Virus record (IMG/VR): IMGVR_UViG_3300025853_000057
Span: 12,565-76,564 of that record
Length of the DNA stretch: 64,000 bases
From: a virus
Direction: 5' to 3' (one strand)
Below, in pieces: positions 1 through 9,600 of this stretch (within the stretch, counting starts at the first letter, position 1; every line of letters starts with the position of its first letter). The notes beneath the pieces are model-generated. The model searched no databases. It saw only the letters and a list, made by a program, of their open reading frames with translations, and had not been told where the DNA came from. The translations under genes were made by a program, and so were the position numbers.

Positions 1-1
1 A

Positions 2-355
2 GGTATGCTTGTTGATGCAGGTGAATCCTTTTCTTCTTTTACCAATGTTATTAACTCCTATTATAATGAATATGAAAATGAGTATTTATTAAGTAGAGAG
101 CTGGACAATGTTGCAAATTTAGCTCTCATAGATAGTTCACATAAACCCTACTTAACTTTTAGAAATAAACCTATAAATTACGGTATTGATTATGAAAACA
201 AATTACTGGATACAACAGCAACCCTACCCCCAAGAGAATACGTTGAAACCTTATTCAAGCACTTATCAAAGTACTTACAAGACCTTGGTGAAAGAGAAAG
301 GATTGAAAGTACATCTCTCCCAAGAGATATTAGCGAAAATTTGGTATTTATGTAA
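2..355 (+). CDS. 3' part of a gene truncated by the window edge; unknown function (position upstream of JAB-ThiF would suit an E2-like protein, not verifiable)
   Basis: Frame open from the window start (GGT at 2-4, then ATG at 5); stop at 355; no diagnostic motif in the visible part. Confidence 0.5.
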   Translation, partial: GMLVDAGESFSSFTNVINSYYNEYENEYLLSRELDNVANLALIDSSHKPYLTFRNKPINYGIDYENKLLDTTATLPPREYVETLFKHLSKYLQDLGERERIESTSLPRDISENLVFM

Positions 356-1391
356 AAGTATCAATGACGTAGAATGGTCAGGTATAATCTTTTGTAAAAC
401 TGAAGGACATCCTATAAATCTTGATACTTTTAAGTTAGAGCCTATAGATATTCTTCCTATGCATAAGGGAGAGCCTTCATATACAGAGTTTGAGGTAGAT
501 GAATCTATTATTGATGCTTATGATAATAACCCTGTATTAGAAGATTGTAAAATGGGTATTATCCACTCTCATGTAGATATGAATGTATTCTTTAGTGGTA
601 CAGATACTTCTACTTTGCATAAGTACGCTGCTATGTCTAATTTCTGTATTTCCATCATTGTTAATAATGCTGGAGATGTTACAGGTAAAGTCGCTTATTT
701 GGTAAAAAACAAAACCAAATCTTATCTTTCTGAGTATATGAATGAAGATGGTAATTGGATTAGTTCTAAAGAAGAAGAAAATGAGGTAGAAAATAGTGTA
801 ATTGTAGAAGTACCTCTTACTTTTTCCTTTGACTTAGATAACCTATTTAATAATAGAGTAGATACCATTATTAAAAAAGCTCAGGAAGAAAAGAAAGTTG
901 TTGGATTTGGAAAAACAAAAACTGTTACACAAAGTTCATCATATAGTAATCCTTATAACTACTTCAATAATCAAGTACCTGCTAACACTGAATATAAATA
1001 CAGTAGATACGAATTACTTAATTTCATTTGTAAGCTTTTAGAAAATAATACTAACAGCCTTAATAGTGGTGTTTTAGTAGCCTTGGATAAGTTTTATAAA
1101 GAAGTTTTAGGTAAAGGTCTATGTAAAGCAGATGATATGGTAGATTGGTTTATTAACTCTATTGCCAGCAACCATGGAGGAAAATTCTTCCCTAGTACAG
1201 TTTCTCAAACTCAAGAAGCTGATTTTATAGGTCAGGCTTTAGATATTTTAGTAGAAGTAAGTTCAAATGATGCTATAGCAAAAGCAGATAAAGAAGATGT
1301 GCTGTCAGATTTATATGAAGCTTTAAACAGCATCTACTATGACGATGATGAAATTCTAGACGATGACTATGATTTCACACATGTGTACTAA
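186..1391 (+). CDS. JAB/MPN+ (JAMM) family Zn-metalloprotease with long C-terminal extension
   Basis: N-terminal VEWSG (catalytic Glu) and exact JAMM motif HSHVDMNVFFSGTD (HxH-x7-S-xx-D); the ATG at 192 may be the true start. Confidence 0.85.
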   Translation: MIMKTNYWIQQQPYPQENTLKPYSSTYQSTYKTLVKEKGLKVHLSQEILAKIWYLCKSINDVEWSGIIFCKTEGHPINLDTFKLEPIDILPMHKGEPSYTEFEVDESIIDAYDNNPVLEDCKMGIIHSHVDMNVFFSGTDTSTLHKYAAMSNFCISIIVNNAGDVTGKVAYLVKNKTKSYLSEYMNEDGNWISSKEEENEVENSVIVEVPLTFSFDLDNLFNNRVDTIIKKAQEEKKVVGFGKTKTVTQSSSYSNPYNYFNNQVPANTEYKYSRYELLNFICKLLENNTNSLNSGVLVALDKFYKEVLGKGLCKADDMVDWFINSIASNHGGKFFPSTVSQTQEADFIGQALDILVEVSSNDAIAKADKEDVLSDLYEALNSIYYDDDEILDDDYDFTHVY

Positions 1392-1405
1392 ATAAATAAA
1401 TAAAT

Positions 1406-2101
1406 ATGCAAAATTCTTATAACTCCCGTTTTAAGGATGCTGCATGGTTACCTACTGCCCAGTCCCTTGATGTAACTATCGGAGGGGCTGGGGGTATAGG
1501 TTCCATTGTAGCATTTCTTATGTCCAGAATAGGACCTAGGTCTATAACTTTATATGACAACGATACAGTAAACAGGCATAATTTATCTAATCAGCTTTTT
1601 GGCAAAGAGGATATGGATAAGTCTAAAGTAGAAGCAGTAATGAACTTATGTAAAAACTACTCACGTTATTTCATTAAAGCAGTTCCAGACTTATTTACTT
1701 TGCAAACACCTTCTACTCCAGTGATGTTTAGTTGTTTTGATAATATGGAAGCTAGAGAACAAATGTTTGAAGTATTTAAACAAAACTGTGATAAACACCA
1801 AGAAGAAGGTACACCTCCAATATTTATAGATGGTAGACTAACAGCAGAGCAGTTTTTCATATATGCAGTTACTCCAAATAGAATAGAGGATTATGAAAAA
1901 ACTCTATTTCCTAGTAGTGAAGCTGCAAACTTGCCTTGTGGTTTTAAAGGTACTACCCACAATAGCTTTATGATTGGCTCTAAGATGGTAGCTTTGTTTA
2001 CAAACCATTGCTTTAATATAGCTGTAGGAGAACATATTAGGGATGTTCCTTTTAGTGTAGAAAATGAAATCTTTAACATGCTAGAAACTGTAACATTATG
2101 A
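1406..2101 (+). CDS. ThiF/MoeB/E1-like adenylyltransferase
   Basis: GGAGGIGS nucleotide-binding loop, YDNDTVNRHNLSNQ, KSKVEA, CFDNMEAR, IDGR; Cys in ANLPCG is a candidate thioester residue; no CxxC Zn pairs. Confidence 0.9.
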   Translation: MQNSYNSRFKDAAWLPTAQSLDVTIGGAGGIGSIVAFLMSRIGPRSITLYDNDTVNRHNLSNQLFGKEDMDKSKVEAVMNLCKNYSRYFIKAVPDLFTLQTPSTPVMFSCFDNMEAREQMFEVFKQNCDKHQEEGTPPIFIDGRLTAEQFFIYAVTPNRIEDYEKTLFPSSEAANLPCGFKGTTHNSFMIGSKMVALFTNHCFNIAVGEHIRDVPFSVENEIFNMLETVTL

Positions 2102-2916
2102 TTAACATTGTACAAACTAGGAATATATATCCTCCTACTTATAAAATCAATACTGATAGGAGTAAAGTTATTTATGGTAAAAAAATTCTAGACAGAAATC
2201 TTTTGCAAAGAAGAGTATTTCTAAATCATAGTGAATATAATAGTTTGCCTTCTTTAGTTATAACTCCTACTTTTTATCAAATTGGAATAAGTATAAGTAT
2301 TAATGGGGGAGAACAATATACAGGAATAGCATTCTTGAAGAACCTTACAACTCTTCTTAAAGAAAACTTAAATGTCTTACTAACTCCTGACTTAGAGTTT
2401 AATAACAATTGTAAAGTACGTACTTATACTTCTACTCATCAGGTTAGGTTAGAAACCTTAGCTAATCCTTTTGATATTGTTAACAATGGTATCTGTTATG
2501 TACATGGGAGTTTACTTTACTTAGATTCATTATTAGCAGTTCCTTTAGCTGCTCTTACTATAGATAAATCTTATATGCAACTTCCTTTTATTTATTTCTT
2601 AGTAAGAGAAATATTAGGAGAGGAAAAAATGCAAGAATTAGGTCTAGGTCTAGATGAGTTTTTAAGTATTCCAGGTCTTTTTAAATTAGAAGTATCTAAC
2701 CCTCCTCTTTTAGATGAAGATTTTTTGTTAAGTAGCCAGCTAATAAAAAGCTTATGGAAAATGATAAAACATGCTCAAAAGATTGGTTTAGAAATTAAAG
2801 GCAGAGATGATATGAAAAAAGAAGACTATGTTTCAACCATACAAAATGATATTACATTTGATGAGTTTGTTGAATATGTAAAATCTAAAGTAGAAGAGGA
2901 GGAAGTAAATGCATAA
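2098..2916 (+). CDS. hypothetical protein
   Basis: 272-aa ORF with ATGA overlap to ThiF. Confidence 0.7.
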   Translation: MINIVQTRNIYPPTYKINTDRSKVIYGKKILDRNLLQRRVFLNHSEYNSLPSLVITPTFYQIGISISINGGEQYTGIAFLKNLTTLLKENLNVLLTPDLEFNNNCKVRTYTSTHQVRLETLANPFDIVNNGICYVHGSLLYLDSLLAVPLAALTIDKSYMQLPFIYFLVREILGEEKMQELGLGLDEFLSIPGLFKLEVSNPPLLDEDFLLSSQLIKSLWKMIKHAQKIGLEIKGRDDMKKEDYVSTIQNDITFDEFVEYVKSKVEEEEVNA

Positions 2917-3346
2917 ATTCTTTATACCAGGTAATGTACCTTCTCTTAAAAATTCTAAGGTAAAAACCTCAAGAGGGATTTTTCCTTCTAAAACAGTTGT
3001 AAGCTACTTAAAAGACCTGGGTATCAAAAGATACTCAGTAAGAGATAAAGTAGTAGAAGAATATGTTAGAAGGGAAAATCTCTTTAAAAAGTACTTAGCT
3101 ACTTTCCCTACTGAATTAGAGTATCCTATACACATGGGATTTCATTTTATTAGGAAGTCTAAAAGAGATTTTGACTTCAATAATGCTACACAAATAATTC
3201 AGGACTTGTTAGTAGCACACAACTATATAGAAGATGATTCTATGAGGTTTTTACTCCCTTATCCCCTACAAATTGAAGGTTTGTACTATTCCATAAATCC
3301 TAAGAACCCAGGAGTAATTTTAAAAGTTGATTATGACAGAAGATAA
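2909..3346 (+). CDS. RusA-like Holliday junction resolvase
   Basis: FIPGNVPSLKNS start, RDFDFNN...IQDLL...IEDDS acidic catalytic pattern. Confidence 0.7.
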   Translation: MHKFFIPGNVPSLKNSKVKTSRGIFPSKTVVSYLKDLGIKRYSVRDKVVEEYVRRENLFKKYLATFPTELEYPIHMGFHFIRKSKRDFDFNNATQIIQDLLVAHNYIEDDSMRFLLPYPLQIEGLYYSINPKNPGVILKVDYDRR

Positions 3347-3521
3347 AGTGATACCCCCATGCCCTGACCTTAGTAAAAAGGTGAAACACGTTTTAAATGA
3401 TAAGACTATCATTTATTTTAGTAGAAAGCTCTCACTAAAAGAGATAAAAGAAAGAATCAAGCTGTATGAAAAGAATGCAGAAAAAGTAACTAACTCAGTA
3501 ACAGTATATAAAAATGACTAA
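3327..3521 (+). CDS. small hypothetical protein
   Basis: 64-aa ORF filling the gap and overlapping both neighbours. Confidence 0.55.
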   Translation: MIMTEDKVIPPCPDLSKKVKHVLNDKTIIYFSRKLSLKEIKERIKLYEKNAEKVTNSVTVYKND

Positions 3522-4572
3522 TATTATTTCAGATAAATTATCCCATTTAAGCTTTAGTAAACTGGCTTTATTGGATAGAAGTCCTAAGGATTTTTATAAA
3601 AGATACATAGAGCAAGAAGAAGTTATTTCAGATAAACATGCTGTTAACTTAGGTTCTCTAGTAGACTGCTTACTTACTGAACCTGATAATCTTTACAGTA
3701 TTTTTAAAGTAGTTAGTCATAATGAGCCTACAAATCTAATGAAAGATTATACTGATTTATTTATAAGTTACTATAAAAATCTTATGGCTGACACAGATAG
3801 TGAGTTAAGTGATAGTGAGAAGCAGCTTGCTGCCCATGAAAGTGCTTATACTCATGGTACATTTAAAATTAGCTCAGATAAAGTTATAGAAAGGTTTAAC
3901 AAAGAGGCTAAAGATTATGCAATGGATATAGTAACTGCTGGAGATAAGATAATTGTAACGACTGAAGATTTCTTTAAAGCCAGTGCTTGTTCTACTGCTC
4001 TTTTAAATAACAAGTTTACTAAAGACTTTCTAAGCCAATACATTGTAGGAAACAAAGAAAAAATCTATCAACTAGAGGATACTTTTGAAATACTAGACAA
4101 CGGATTTCCTCTTACTTTTAAAGTTAAACTTGACTTAGTTATCATAGACCATGATAATAAAATTATTCAGCCGTTAGATATTAAGACTACAAGCAGTAGC
4201 CCTTATGCTTTTACTAAGTCTATGTATTCTTACAGGTATGATATTCAAGGAGCTTTATATTCCCACTACATTAATCATGTCTTTAAAGCTAGAAAAGGTC
4301 TAGAAGACTATAAAGTTTTTGACTTTAAATATATTGTAGTAAATGTAGACTATCCAAAAAATCCTCTAATATGGAAGCTTAGTTATAATGATAACAGAGC
4401 TGCCTTTGCAGGCAAACTAGCAGGCTACAATAGAGCAGGTATTTGGGAGCTTATTAATGACTTACACTGGCATTTAGAAAATGATTTGTGGGATTACTCA
4501 AGAGAGATTTATGAGAATAATGGTGTGATAGAAACTAGAATGCATAATGAGCCAGAAAGAACAGAAGAATAA
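3514..4572 (+). CDS. PD-(D/E)XK exonuclease (RecE/exonuclease VIII-like)
   Basis: LSFSKL...GSLVDCLL N-terminus; KVKLDLV...LDIKTT...YRYDIQGALY motifs. Confidence 0.8.
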   Translation: MTNIISDKLSHLSFSKLALLDRSPKDFYKRYIEQEEVISDKHAVNLGSLVDCLLTEPDNLYSIFKVVSHNEPTNLMKDYTDLFISYYKNLMADTDSELSDSEKQLAAHESAYTHGTFKISSDKVIERFNKEAKDYAMDIVTAGDKIIVTTEDFFKASACSTALLNNKFTKDFLSQYIVGNKEKIYQLEDTFEILDNGFPLTFKVKLDLVIIDHDNKIIQPLDIKTTSSSPYAFTKSMYSYRYDIQGALYSHYINHVFKARKGLEDYKVFDFKYIVVNVDYPKNPLIWKLSYNDNRAAFAGKLAGYNRAGIWELINDLHWHLENDLWDYSREIYENNGVIETRMHNEPERTEE

Positions 4573-5176
4573 AGCTTCTTTTCTTGTTCTACCTATGCTA
4601 GGCTTTAACAAAGATTTCTTTGGTTGGTCTAATAATCTAGTAAATTGTTACATTAAAGACTTAAATTATCCAGAATTTGATAATCACATTGTACTTATGT
4701 ATGAATACCCTGAGTTACTTAATGAAAGGGATATACAGAATATAGTAAAGCAGGAGGCTAATCTTAATGAGATAAATGAACATCTTGTTCATAGGTATGA
4801 ACCTTCAGTAAATAAATCTGTGTTTATTTATGATGTACCTAAGCAGTATCAAAGTGACTATGACTGGTTTAGGTATGGTAAATACTCTAAAATGTCTCCT
4901 AAATTTAAAGAGCAGATACTAGATTTTCATCATGGTTCTAATATAAAAGGTATTATAGGAGTTCTTTCTAGAAATCAGGTAATGCTAAGAAATTTACATA
5001 AGAACTTAGGTTGTATGAGTGAAGTATGCAAGTGTAAACATAACACTTATCTATCTTGTAGTAAATTTCAAGACTATATATTTGACTTTGATAAGTCAGA
5101 GATATGGTCTATTCCTGGAGATGAAGAAATACTTTATACCACTATTGAACCTATTAAAAATACAAAGGTAGAGTGA
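4547..5176 (+). CDS. hypothetical phage protein
   Basis: 209-aa coupled ORF; FLVLPML start and GKYSKMS motif; Cys cluster CMSEVCKC...C. Confidence 0.65.
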   Translation: MSQKEQKNKASFLVLPMLGFNKDFFGWSNNLVNCYIKDLNYPEFDNHIVLMYEYPELLNERDIQNIVKQEANLNEINEHLVHRYEPSVNKSVFIYDVPKQYQSDYDWFRYGKYSKMSPKFKEQILDFHHGSNIKGIIGVLSRNQVMLRNLHKNLGCMSEVCKCKHNTYLSCSKFQDYIFDFDKSEIWSIPGDEEILYTTIEPIKNTKVE

Positions 5177-5820
5177 GAAAAGAAACTGTAGAACAGTTAG
5201 GTGATTGGTATCAGAGGTTCCCTAAATTATGGGAATCCTCTGGTGTCAATCAGATTGTGAAAACCATTAGTGTAGAATATCAAAAGTATGTAATATACCC
5301 TGAGCCTAAACAAATATTTAGAGCTTTTGAATTATGTCAATACAATGATATTAAAGGAGTTATACTAGGTATGGACCCTTACAATAATGGTAGTGCTACA
5401 GGCTTGGCTTTTGGAGTTAAATCAGAACTCTATATAAATCCCAGCTTGGTAAAAATTAGAGAAGCTATAGAAAAAGAAATACATAATGGACTATGCTTAG
5501 ATTTTGATTATTCACTAGAATATTTAGCTAATCAAGGTGTGCTTTTGTTAAATAGTTTCCTAACAGTGAGAAGAAGAAGTCCTGGAAGTCATAGAACTGT
5601 ATGGTCAGACTTTACCAAGGGATTCTTAACTCAGTTATCTATAGTTAAACCAGATTTACTATGGTTTTTGTGGGGTAGAGATGCTCAAAGTTTTAAGCAA
5701 TACATATACCCTACACCAAATATCTATGAAGCAGAGCATCCAGCTTATGCAGCTAGAAATAGTAGACCATGGATAACTAACAATCAATTTGAAAAAACTA
5801 AACACATAATTAATTGGTAA
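5173..5820 (+). CDS. ung: uracil-DNA glycosylase (family 1)
   Basis: IYPEP, ILGMDPY, ATGLAF, PSL, QGVLLLN, PGSH, LWG, HPA motifs; GTG start overlapping upstream TGA. Confidence 0.92.
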   Translation: MRKETVEQLGDWYQRFPKLWESSGVNQIVKTISVEYQKYVIYPEPKQIFRAFELCQYNDIKGVILGMDPYNNGSATGLAFGVKSELYINPSLVKIREAIEKEIHNGLCLDFDYSLEYLANQGVLLLNSFLTVRRRSPGSHRTVWSDFTKGFLTQLSIVKPDLLWFLWGRDAQSFKQYIYPTPNIYEAEHPAYAARNSRPWITNNQFEKTKHIINW

Positions 5821-5821
5821 T

Positions 5822-6202
5822 ATGGAACATCTTATACATAAAATTATTGAGTTCCATGAGGCTTTTAACCAGCCTTATGCTAAGGATATAACTCCTGTAT
5901 CAGCTAAAGAAGCTGTACTAAGGTATGACTTAATGGCAGAAGAGAACAAAGAATACTTACTAGCTGCCTTAGATAAAGACCTAGAGGGTATTGCTGATGC
6001 TTTAGGAGATAAACTTTATATACTCTTAGGGACTATTATTAAGCATGGAATGCAGCACATTATTGTAAATGTATTTAATGAAATACACAAAAGCAACATG
6101 TCCAAGCTAGGAGAAGATGGTAAGCCTGTGTTAAGACAAGATGGTAAGATTCTTAAAGGACCTAACTACAGCCCCCCTAATTTAAAACAATTTGTAGAAT
6201 GA
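5822..6202 (+). CDS. MazG-like/PRA-PH all-alpha NTP pyrophosphohydrolase
   Basis: EFHEAF, EENKEY, IADALGD, EIHKSNMSKLGEDGKP...DGKILKGPNY. Confidence 0.88.
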   Translation: MEHLIHKIIEFHEAFNQPYAKDITPVSAKEAVLRYDLMAEENKEYLLAALDKDLEGIADALGDKLYILLGTIIKHGMQHIIVNVFNEIHKSNMSKLGEDGKPVLRQDGKILKGPNYSPPNLKQFVE

Positions 6203-6585
6203 AGACTTTGATTTTATTACTTCTGCCTTTAAGTATCTATAGTCAGACTATAGATTCTGTATGGGCAGAAATTAACAAACAAAGAATTAAAAAGCCAGAT
6301 ATAGTAATGAGGCAAGCAATGCTTGAAACTATGTGGCTTAAATGTAAAGATTGTAGTCTTAGGTTTAATAACATCTTTGGTTTTAGACATAAGACTGCTA
6401 TTAAAGAAGGAAATCCTCAAGGCTATCTAGAGTTTGAAACTTGGCAGGATTGTATTTACTATTACAAAAGCTGGCAAGAAGAAAAGTATGATTCAGGATG
6501 CTACTATGCTTTCTTAGAGGAAGTAGGCTATGCTGAATCACAGAAGTACTGTGAAACTTTAAAAGTGTTAAAGCGGAGATGGTGA
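6199..6585 (+). CDS. GH73/glucosaminidase-like muramidase with N-terminal signal peptide
   Basis: MKTLILLLLPLSIYS|Q signal; QAMLET, NNIFG, FETWQDC, GYA...Y motifs. Confidence 0.7.
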   Translation: MKTLILLLLPLSIYSQTIDSVWAEINKQRIKKPDIVMRQAMLETMWLKCKDCSLRFNNIFGFRHKTAIKEGNPQGYLEFETWQDCIYYYKSWQEEKYDSGCYYAFLEEVGYAESQKYCETLKVLKRRW

Positions 6586-6592
6586 GGTAAAT

Positions 6593-6625
6593 AAACAGCA
6601 GTAGGTTTTTATCTACTGCTGTTTT
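6593..6625. terminator. bidirectional intrinsic terminator between the convergent gene blocks
   Basis: AAACAGCAGTAG-8 nt-CTACTGCTGTTT 12-bp inverted repeat with A/T runs on both sides. Confidence 0.85.
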
Positions 6626-6633
6626 ACTTTTTA

Positions 6634-9600
6634 CTAAATTCTTAGGTTTTGCATTACTTTAATTAATTCATCAGGACTCATAATAGTTTCTATTCTTCCA
6701 GAACCTAAAAGTTTTAGAAATTTAGCTACTATTTTATAATCTCCTTTCTCCCATACTCCAGTATCTCTTTGGTAAGTTTCTAAAGGATTAAATAATTGTT
6801 TTATTAGTCTAATAGTCTTTTCTATAACAGTTTGAGCTGCCATAGGATTAGAAAAGGTTTTATAGTTTGCAATAGGATTAATAAAACCAAATAACTCTTG
6901 ATGCAGCCTAAGAGAGAATAGCAAAGGATAAGCCAGTAGTTTTTTATCTTCATCATCAGCTTCATCTGATAGTCTTGCTAAAATCATACTAATAATTCCT
7001 GTAACACTGATGAAAGCTAATTCAGCTCCTGCCCTACTAAGATTTCTTCTTTCTAAAGGTGTTAAGTTCTCACTTGAAGAAAAAGGAGATAACTGTATCA
7101 AGGTATCTTTAAGCTGTGAAGTTACTAGTCTAAAGAATGTATTATAGTAACCCTCAGTTGGTGCTCCTAATTCTTGGTCTAAACCATAGGTTTTAAACCT
7201 TTTCTTCATGCCCGATGGAAAAAATTTCCTGTACATCAACGCTAGTCTTCCCAGCCAATGTCTCTCTGCTGTAACTTTATCAAAGTTATTGTAAACTCCA
7301 TGCATCCTTTTATTGATAGCATGTAAAGAGTTCTGAATGTCCATATCTACTAAGCCATTAGCTGTAGGAGTTCCTTCAAGAGAAACTCCTTCCTTTAATC
7401 TTATAGCTCCATCAGGCCCTAATTCATAAGCATCTATTAAAGATATTTCTTTAGTTATACCTCCTATTTTCTGCTTTACTTTATTTCTTTTAAGCATGGC
7501 TAACATAGCTTGCACTTGAATAGCATGCTCCCCTTGATTTTGTAAAAAGAACCATGTATCTGTAGACCATGCTTTCTTCATAGCAGACATACTAACTTTT
7601 CTACCATATCTGTCTGTATATTCTCCTTGCATAGGGTCATATAACTCAATCAATTGGCCTATGAAAGAAGTAGCAGTAGGTTGAGTAAAATCTTTTACAT
7701 AGTTACCTATATTTCTAGCATAGTAAACCTTTGCCCATGCTACTTCTTTCTGATTAAAAAATTCATCAGAAGCAGCTTCTATCATTAACTGAGCATTAGC
7801 TTGTAGGGAGTTAGCAGCAGAACCTACAGGGTTACCTCCAATTTGAGTTTTAGAACCAAAACCCATCAAATTGGCAGCAAGTTTATTAAAGTCTACAACT
7901 TTACCTGCTATTGCAGTTTTAGATTCTAATTGTTGTACACCATATATTTGCATGTCCATAAATACCTCAAGAAGGGCTGCTATATTATTACCTCCATGCT
8001 TCTTAACATACTTATCCCAAGATGTGATACCTGCTTTCTTAGCTGCCTCACTAATAAATCTATTACCTAAAGCATCTGTTTTTAAAGGAGGATTCTGTTT
8101 AGTTGATTCTAAAGCTGCTGTACCTACTACAACACTTTCATTGGCTGCTTCAAATTTAAGAGAAGCCTGGTCAAACATAAGTACAGAAGATAGTAAGTCT
8201 AAAGAAACATCCTCTGCTGGCATGTTTTGTGTATATAAAACAGGAATAACTTTCTGTCCTTCTACTTTTTCTCCATAGATAAAAGCATCTTCTTCTGTGT
8301 ACTTAACTAGGTTTCTCCAGCTATATTTAGCATAATTGATAGCTCCGTTTTCTACTAGTCTATCTATATCAGATTTAGCTACAGAAGGAAGTATATACCC
8401 TCTTTTAGCTCTATCAGGAACTCTCTGCTGAGACTTAAAGTAAGTAGCTATTAGAAGGTCATAAAACTCCTTTTTATTCTTACTAGACTGTATCTGCTTA
8501 TACCTAGGGTCTGCATACTTTGCTCTGGAAGGTCTGGAAAAATCTCTTGAATAGTAAGTAACACCTTGTATTTCTACTTGGTTATTCTTTAACCAAAATT
8601 CAAATTGCTTTTCAGATATAACATTATCTTCTACTAGCTTTTTGTGTTCTTCAATAATAGTCTTTCTTCCCTTTTCTATAACCACTACTTCTCCTGTTTC
8701 AGGATTAGTAACTGTTCTATCTTCATAAGGTAGAGCTTCTGTATTTTCTTTGTACCAGCTTTGAATAAAAGCATTCTTCTGTGTAGGGTCAGTAATAGAT
8801 TCAGCCTGTTTATACATATTATTTAAGGCTTCATTGTATGCAGACATATCTACTTCTTGTACAAAAGCCATTTTATCTACAAGCTCTTTCTTCCCATGGT
8901 CATATACTTTAGTTCTAGTGTAAAAAGGCTTATAAAAAGATGAAGGTACATTTCTATTCTCTGAAGTACTAGTAGCATACTTCTTAAATCCTTTAGATGC
9001 TTTATGAGCAGTTCTTATAGATATCTGTCTAGCATTTTCATAGGCAGCTTTTAAGGTCTTAGCAAACAAAGCTACAATAGGATTACTACTAGATATAGCT
9101 GGAGTAAGTAAAAAGTCTAAGAAAGGTACATCTCTATTAGAGCCATCTTCTAATGCTTTTAGTATAGTATTGTATGTAACACCATCTTCACCTATTTCTT
9201 TTTCTAGAGTTTCAAGTCTTCTTTTAGTAAGCTTATATGCTCTAGAATCAGGGTCTAGCTTTCCTAACTTCTTCTTTAAAGATGTTATCTCTTCTATGTG
9301 CTTAATGTTAGCTTTCTTAGATATTGACTCAGACAGTAGTTTAGCTACTTGAGGATTCATTTCCTCATTATATATACTTTCAATTCTACTAAAAGCTGCT
9401 ACTATACTATTGGCTTTAGATAATGGAGTTCCTGGAGTTAAAGCTTCTTTACCTCCTATTTCCATATCTAAGAATGCTTGTATCTGGCTTACAATAGGCT
9501 TAAGCATATCTACTGTTTCTTTAGCCTTAACAAGCCTAGTAATCATTTCAGCTTTGTCTGCATTGTTACCTTCTTTAGCATCCCGTATAGTTTTCTCTAG

